Of a DNA stretch of 60,000 bases, positions 53,828-60,000 are shown piece after piece. Positions within the stretch are counted from its first letter, which is position 1. The number at the start of each line of letters is the position of its first letter. The stretch covers positions 48,672,001 through 48,732,000 of the forward strand of contig CM052818.1 in the NCBI GenBank assembly GCA_028534125.1. The letters are read 5' to 3'. Source of the stretch: Lama glama (lineage: Eukaryota). Position numbers and translations under genes: made by a program. Under the pieces are notes generated by a model. That model was not told the DNA's origin. It ran no database searches and saw only the letters and a list, made by a program, of their open reading frames with translations.

Positions 53828-54075
53828 TTTTTTTTTTAATTGGAGTACAGTCTGTTTACGTGTTGTGTCAGTTTCTGGTGCACAGCACAGTGTTTCAGTC
53901 ATACGTGTACATACATATATTCCTTTTCGTATTCTTTTTCATTATAAGTCACTACAAGATATTTAATACAGTTACCTGTGCTGTACAGAAGAAACTTGTC
54001 GTTTATCCATGTCACGTTTCGTAGTTAGTGTCTGAAAACCCCGACCTCCCGGTTTGCCCCCGCCTACCGCCCCCC
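53828..54075 (-). mobile_element. L1 3' end
   Basis: Poly-T followed by aattggagtacagtc...gtcagtttctggtgcacagcac...tattctttttcattata. Confidence 0.8.
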
Positions 54076-54370
54076 AGTGACGCGCAGACGGAGGAGGCTG
54101 CCATCTTTCTGACCTGCTGCTGCCTGCTCCTGTGGCCCTCAGGGCTCCCCGTCCTTCCACCCAGTTTTTCCTTTGACATTTCAGGATGTTCACACTCTTA
54201 TTTAATTGTAGGAGCAGCTTCCATACTTGTGATTTAGTTCAGCTCCACGAACGCTTAGCGGGCCGCAGCCTGGGCTGGAATTTGAGATTGTGAGACACGA
54301 TCGCGCCTTCATGGAGCTTACAGGCTAACAGTTGCCCCCACGTTCATCTCCCCCTTTGCATCTTCCTGAC

Positions 54371-54372
<2 letters not shown>

Positions 54373-54415
<43 letters not shown>

Positions 54416-54421
54416 TGTGTG
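54373..54421. repeat. (TG)n microsatellite
   Basis: About 24 units with one interruption. Confidence 0.95.
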
Positions 54422-56224
54422 CACACACCAATGCCCCACCAGCAGGCTTCAGTTATGGTGAGTTCCAGGCAAAGTCTAGGCTGCAGTGGCTTTGATAACG
54501 CCCTCTATGTTTCTGTTTGAGAAGCTGCTGTGGACAGATTTCCTGGCAGAAGAGATTTGTCCACCCTGGGCCCCCAGCCCTGTCACCACCTTCTCACATG
54601 TGGTAGGGGCTGAGCCTTCCTCATTGCCCCTCACTGTCCCCTTCTCCTTGGCCTTGCCTCCATGGCTGAAGTTTCGGCCAGATGAGCAGGTGGGAGCCTT
54701 GGCGATGGCTTCTTCCCAGGGGTTCTCAGCTGCTGGGCGTCTGCACAGAGATTTAGGTGAGGGGCCCATGTTCTGAGCCTTCAGTTGTCTTAGAGGAGTG
54801 ATTGGACAAATAAAAACTCAAATGCCCCATACTTAGAGAAAAGCGTTTTTCCTTTAGACGCCTCTCTTTGTTTCAGTAACTAGGGACCCCACAAACCCTT
54901 GGCAGTAAGAAACACGCAGGGAGGGAAAGTGTAGAGATGGCGGCAATGGTGACGATGAACACGGTGGGGGCGGTGGGGGCGGTAAGGCTGTGCGTAGGTA
55001 GAGATGTGGAGATTACGAGCAGTGAGATCCGCTGCCCTTCCCTCCCACGAAACTATCATGGGGAATGAATGCAGCATTGCAGCAACTTCCAGGTAAAAAA
55101 AAAAAAGAGACAAAAATCCTGATTTTTTTCAAAATACAAATCTCTTACAATCAAATTTTGGCAATGATTCAAAAAAATGTAAAGCTGTTTCCTAATCCAA
55201 TATTTACACACAACATTGATTTCAAAATTGTGTGCAGCTATCCGATGGCTTTCTTTAGCCTTCACACTCATTCCGATAAGTACAGCAGACGGGCTTGAAG
55301 CAGAGATGTATTTTCTGCACATAGAATTAAAAGTTTGCATGTAGGTCAGCCAGTTGTTTTTCCTGTGTCAGTCAGGACCTCCAAACTAGACATTTTCTTG
55401 AAGGACAGTCTATCTGGACAATCTAAGTTTCAAACCTCAATTAAACCAGACCAAAAAAAAAAGCCACTTCAGCCCTGATCCACGCTGTAGTGAGGTTTGG
55501 TCCACAGCGACAAGCGTTTGGTTTAAACTGAAGGACTTCAGAAAGCGCCCTGAGAAGCCAGTGAAAACGTGACCGTGGAGGTGCCGGTGAGATGCCCGTC
55601 TGCGGCGGACATCTGCATGGCCACCCCAGCCCTTCCGACTTCAGAGCCAAGCTTGAGATGCTCCTTTCATCCCTAAATGCCAATAAATTTTAACTTTGTG
55701 GACAATGAGGCTTTGATAGCGCACTGGTTTCCCAACTGGGGGACCCTGTGTGCTGCGCAATTACTCCAGAGGCTCCTGAGTGTTGGGCTAGGAAGCAAGT
55801 AGGTTGTGTGGTCTGAGCGCATTGTTGGCACTTCCACCAAAGCTGCTCAGATTAGGATCCAGGCCATTTGAAACTTACCTGTCAGAGGAAAGAGCTGAGT
55901 AGCTTACTAGAGAACTGCTAGTGTAGTCAGTTCTATGTCCCTTTTCTCAGTGGTTGCCAGGAAACTCAGAATCAGATTGTATAGGTTCCCGGGGCTACAG
56001 ATAGAAATTTTATCTTCCAGTCAAATCATCACAGCACGTGATTTGTGTTTATATTTATCTACTTTATCTTATATGTTCTTGAAAGTCAGTTCAAGTCTTT
56101 GTAGAATGTGTTCAGATATTAATAAATAAAATGAAGAGGAATGAACCCATATCCACTCATTTAATAAATATGCATTATACCACCACCACACCATGGTGTG
56201 GGCTCAGATCTGTAAAAGGACACG

Positions 56225-56820
56225 CTCAGGGGAAAGCAGTTTGGAGGTTCCTCAAAAAGTGAAACAGAATTACCATATGATCCAACAATTTTACTCCTAG
56301 GTCCATACACAAAAGAAGAATTAAAACTAGGGACTCAAACATATACTAATATGCAAATGTTCACAGCAGTATTATTTACAATAGTCAAAAGATGGTAGCA
56401 AACTAAGTACCCATTGACAAATTAATGGATAAAAAAATGTGGTCAAGTCATACAATGGAATATTATTCAGTCATAAAAAGGACTGAAGTTCTGATACATG
56501 CTACAGCATCAGGAAAACATTGCGCTAAGCGAAAAAGTCCAGACACCAAAGGACAAATCTTGAATTATTCCATTGGAATATCTACCATAGGCAAATTCAT
56601 AGAGACAAAAATTATATTAGTGGTTACAGGGGCCGGATGGAGGGGGCGTGGGTAGTTATCGCTTAATGAGGACAAAGTTTCTGTTGGTAGGTGATGAAAA
56701 AGTACTGAAACAGGTAATGACAATGGTTGTACAATATTGTGAATGGGATTGATGCCAATAAATTGGAGACTTAAAAACAGTGAATTTTATGATCTATATC
56801 AATTTTTTCAACAATAAAAG
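56225..56820 (+). mobile_element. L1 (L1MB-type) 3' end
   Basis: gttcctcaaaaag...aattaccatatgatcca...atacaatggaatattattcagtcataaaaagg...caataaaa. Confidence 0.85.
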
Positions 56821-57779
56821 TTATAAAAAGATCTTAGAAAATTCATAGCATTTCCTAGGTTGATTATAAGAACAAGAGAATATTTATTGAAAAAGAGCTA
56901 TAGTTAACTGGAAAGCAATGTGTGTCTAGACTTTGATGTGTGTCAAAGACCTCTTGAGTTAGAAGCAAAGCTTGTTTAAGATGCGAACTCCTGGATCCAC
57001 CACAGCCTGCAGAAAAAGAATGTCTGTGGTGGGACCCAGACATCCAGGTAGTGACCAAGCCCTCCTGGAGATTCTGCTACACGATATAGACTCTGCTGCC
57101 TCGGAGGGAAGATGACTGGGCGAGGGGTCAGGGGAGCTGAGTCCTGGACAGAGCTTTTCCTCCTGGGTCCTGTAAACGGATGCCTTTGGAGGAGATGACA
57201 TTTAACCACCCTTTCAGTGCCCTCAGTTACTCTCACCAGTTACTGTGATGCAAGTAAGTAACACAAACAACTGCATCTCTCTTACCTACATGGTAGTTTA
57301 TGGTGGTTTATACTGATGCTCCCAATCGGAGCAAGTTAGAACAAATACAAAAGCATGACAGTTATTCAGCAGAGAACACGATCCAGTCATCAGAGAACAT
57401 CAAAGAAACCAAGAATCGTCTGGGCAGAAGGAGAGGGTGAGTGGTCGCCATCTCACATGGTCTGGGGGAGGCTGTCTGAGAGACCTGTGCGCCTGCCCAG
57501 GGCGCTCGCTGGCGGTTGCTTGAGCTGCATTAAATTTATGGAGCGAAAAGAAATCCAGGTCAGCTCAGGCTTTTCCCCCTCCTGACTGTAAAGGTTTTGC
57601 CGGTAATCCCTTGCTTTGTGTGATTTTTTTTTTTCACGTGCGTTGAAGACTGTTTAAACAAGCCAAGACATACCCCTTTTGTCCGAGTAGCTGCAGAGAG
57701 CGTATGTGAAAGTAAACTCATTAAGAACGTGTTTTCAGAAGGTCTCCGTGTAGGACGGTGAAAAATCGAGAGAGAGGAT

Positions 57780-58335
57780 GTGTCGTCTGGGTAAAGGAAG
57801 CCGACTTGCGAGCTGGCTAGAATGTTCACGACCAGCCTCCTCTCCGTGTGTCTGATCGTCAGCCTGCCGCCGGCTCCGCCCGCGCTGCGCCCGGGGCCGG
57901 GGGTCCTGGCGCCTGGATGCGGCGACGGTGAACTGCGCGCCCAGGGCTGCCCGGCGGCACCGCGCACGCCGGTGTTAACCTCCGCTGCAGGAAATACGGT
58001 CTTCCAGCCCGCCGCTGGCTCTGGCCACCTGAATGTTGACTGTGGGTAAAAACTGCAGGGATTTACACTCAGATATGTAATAAATGCTTTCTTAGAGATC
58101 CTGGGGAAATCATGCGTATATGGCCCAAGCCCCAGGCAAGCACGGTTGTAAATGCCATTTGCGAACCCAAGAGTTTCTTCTCTGGCAAGAAATGCATGCC
58201 AGTTTTGGCGGGATATTTTCAGTTTGCAGCTCATTTGCACTTGGGAGCTTCTGGGTCGATTGCTGGGGGGCGGGGTTCTCCAGACGGTTCGGGTCATTCC
58301 TGACTACGACGCGGCGTACCTCGGACTGTGTGCGT
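57780..58335. promoter_or_regulatory. Small CpG-rich island / possible promoter or enhancer
   Basis: Dense CpGs at 57860-58015; GC boxes (ccgccc at about 57877, ggggcgggg at about 58266). Confidence 0.5.
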
Positions 58336-59060
58336 CAGAGAAGCTGAGGTCTGCATTGTGTTTGGGAATCACGTGTTTTAATGTTAATCGAAGGAATGAG
58401 TCCACTCTATTTTAGATGTTTTTACTTTTTTAAAAATTCTTTTTGAAGAGTTGTATTAGACTCACAGAGCACTCCACTCACCGAAAAAGATACGATTTTA
58501 TTTTATCACATATCACTGTCCTTTATCTAAGAAAGAAAGATTGGTTGGAGAACTCTCTGGGAACTTTTTTTAATTTGAATGAAGCTCAGCGTGGGGCTAA
58601 GCAAGGCAGGGGGCTGCTGTGCGGAGGTGCGGGTCTGCTCACCCAGTGACCAGGTAGGTGAGCTTGGACGGCTCACTGGCTTCCAGCCTCAGTTTCCTCA
58701 GTTTGAAGGGACAGTGTGCACTGTATAAAATGATCAGGATGAAATTCGGTGGAAGCCTCATTGAGACCAAGGCACGACCTCCCATGACTGTTTCTGGTCT
58801 GAGTCAGTGACAGCAGGATGCTGACACTGGTCCAGCTCTCCAGCCTCTGGGGTGAAGGTGGCAAACGTGCCTCAGGTCATCTGAACACTGAACGGGATGG
58901 GTGTTCCGGGTCCGCCTTAGCTCACACGTCACCCTTCACTGGAGTCGTGCCGACTCTTACGGGCGGAGCTACAGTTGAACCGGTGTCTCCTCAGAAGATG
59001 GTTGTTCCTCTTGGTCATCTGATTTTTCCCAGATGCCAAGTCCTGCTTCCCAGGTGGTGC

Positions 59061-59591
59061 TGAGGTGGGAAGCCCCATGAAAAAGACAGGCAGGACCCCC
59101 AGGCAGGGCCACTACTCTCCTGCCGGCACCATCCGGTTCCCTGGCCCAGGGGCATTATCTTGCTTTTTAAACTTTGAAACGGCTTACTCCTAGGAAAGCG
59201 GAACTTACCCCCAAGATTTTATCGGTTCCCTGAGCTCACTCCTGATTGTTCCATTTGTGGTGCTTCATTTGCAAGGAGCTCACTCCTGATTGGTCCATTT
59301 CCCTCACTTCTGATTGGTCCGTTTCTACAAAGCTTGCTCCTAATTAGTCACCTTTGTTATACTTTATTTGCATATGATGTTACAAAATGTTGCAAAGGCT
59401 AGACTGGTAAACTATAAATGCCTGTATAAACCTACAGACGGGGTCCAGAGCTTGGAGCGTTAACTCCTCTGGGCCCGCTGGCATAATAAACCTGAGTTCT
59501 CCAACTCTGAGTGCTGCTTGGTCTCTCGCCCGGATCCAGGTTGTTGTCACAACTGAGCTATAACTGAGCTGTAACACACTTTGCTTCAACA
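59061..59591 (+). mobile_element. Solo ERV1-class LTR with TSD
   Basis: TG...CA termini; 4-bp TSD gtgc at 59057-59060 and 59592-59595; repeated inverted CCAAT boxes, TATAAA at 59413, AATAAA at 59485; 531 bp. Confidence 0.9.
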
Positions 59592-60000
59592 GTGCTTTGA
59601 TTGAAGGTCACGGCAGATGAGCTCAGGACCATCCTGAAATGAGAAGCGTTGTTATTCATCAAGCACTTTGACCTCCTCTGTCCCTTTTAGTGATTTTTTA
59701 AAAAAGATTTGCATCCTGAAGGAAAATGTTCTAGTTTAAAAGCACCTTCCTGGGGGTGTGGTTGGAAAGCAGGTGTCATCCCCCAGACCCCTTGTGCTGA
59801 GCCCGCCCTGCCTGGCAATTCTATGGTAAATGAAACATCAGCCTGCTTTGAGCACCTTATGGAGCAAAACAAAAGACCAACAGATGAAGATCAGCCCTGG
59901 GGGTAAGTCTTAGAGGGGCTTCTGCCTCTAACTACTGTTTACATCTCGCTTGTAAATTCCACTTCTCAGGCCTTTGTCTCCCCAGATGTAAGGCGAAAAG

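Noticed and set aside
56186..56201. Perfect 16-bp palindrome ccacaccatggtgtgg
   Set aside because: About one palindrome of this length is expected by chance in 60 kb; no supporting context
56991..57039. Short stem-loops here and at 9384-9411 as pre-miRNA candidates
   Set aside because: Stems of only 9-15 bp are too short for Drosha substrates; no known miRNA recognised
57560..58297. 245-aa minus-strand ORF
   Set aside because: Spans a GC-rich patch; no recognisable protein family

Overview
This is mammalian genomic DNA, most likely a camelid. The evidence is a tRNA-derived Vic-1-type SINE at about 46.5 kb and artiodactyl-type L1 3' ends. I recognise no protein-coding gene, tRNA or rRNA; the ORF-track entries look like chance ORFs or L1/LTR remnants. 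The window is mostly interspersed repeats: nested L1s, three solo ERV1-like LTRs (two with intact 4-bp target-site duplications, TSDs), MaLR MLT1 LTRs, MIR, L2 and DNA transposon relics. It also has a promoter-like CpG island at about 2.4-2.9 kb and a smaller CpG-rich patch at about 57.8-58.3 kb. The most unusual structure is a long inverted repeat that I cannot assign to a known transposon: arms of about 460-475 bp at 48147-48621 and 49643-50099, separated by about 1 kb. Its 214-bp ungapped core is about 90% identical. Of its 14 transition mismatches, 12 would be G-U wobbles in a minus-strand RNA. The core also contains a duplicated exon-like 64-nt unit with its own palindrome. This suggests a candidate long-hairpin non-coding RNA locus, which is inference. 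Repeat family names come from visual recognition, and boundaries without TSDs are approximate.
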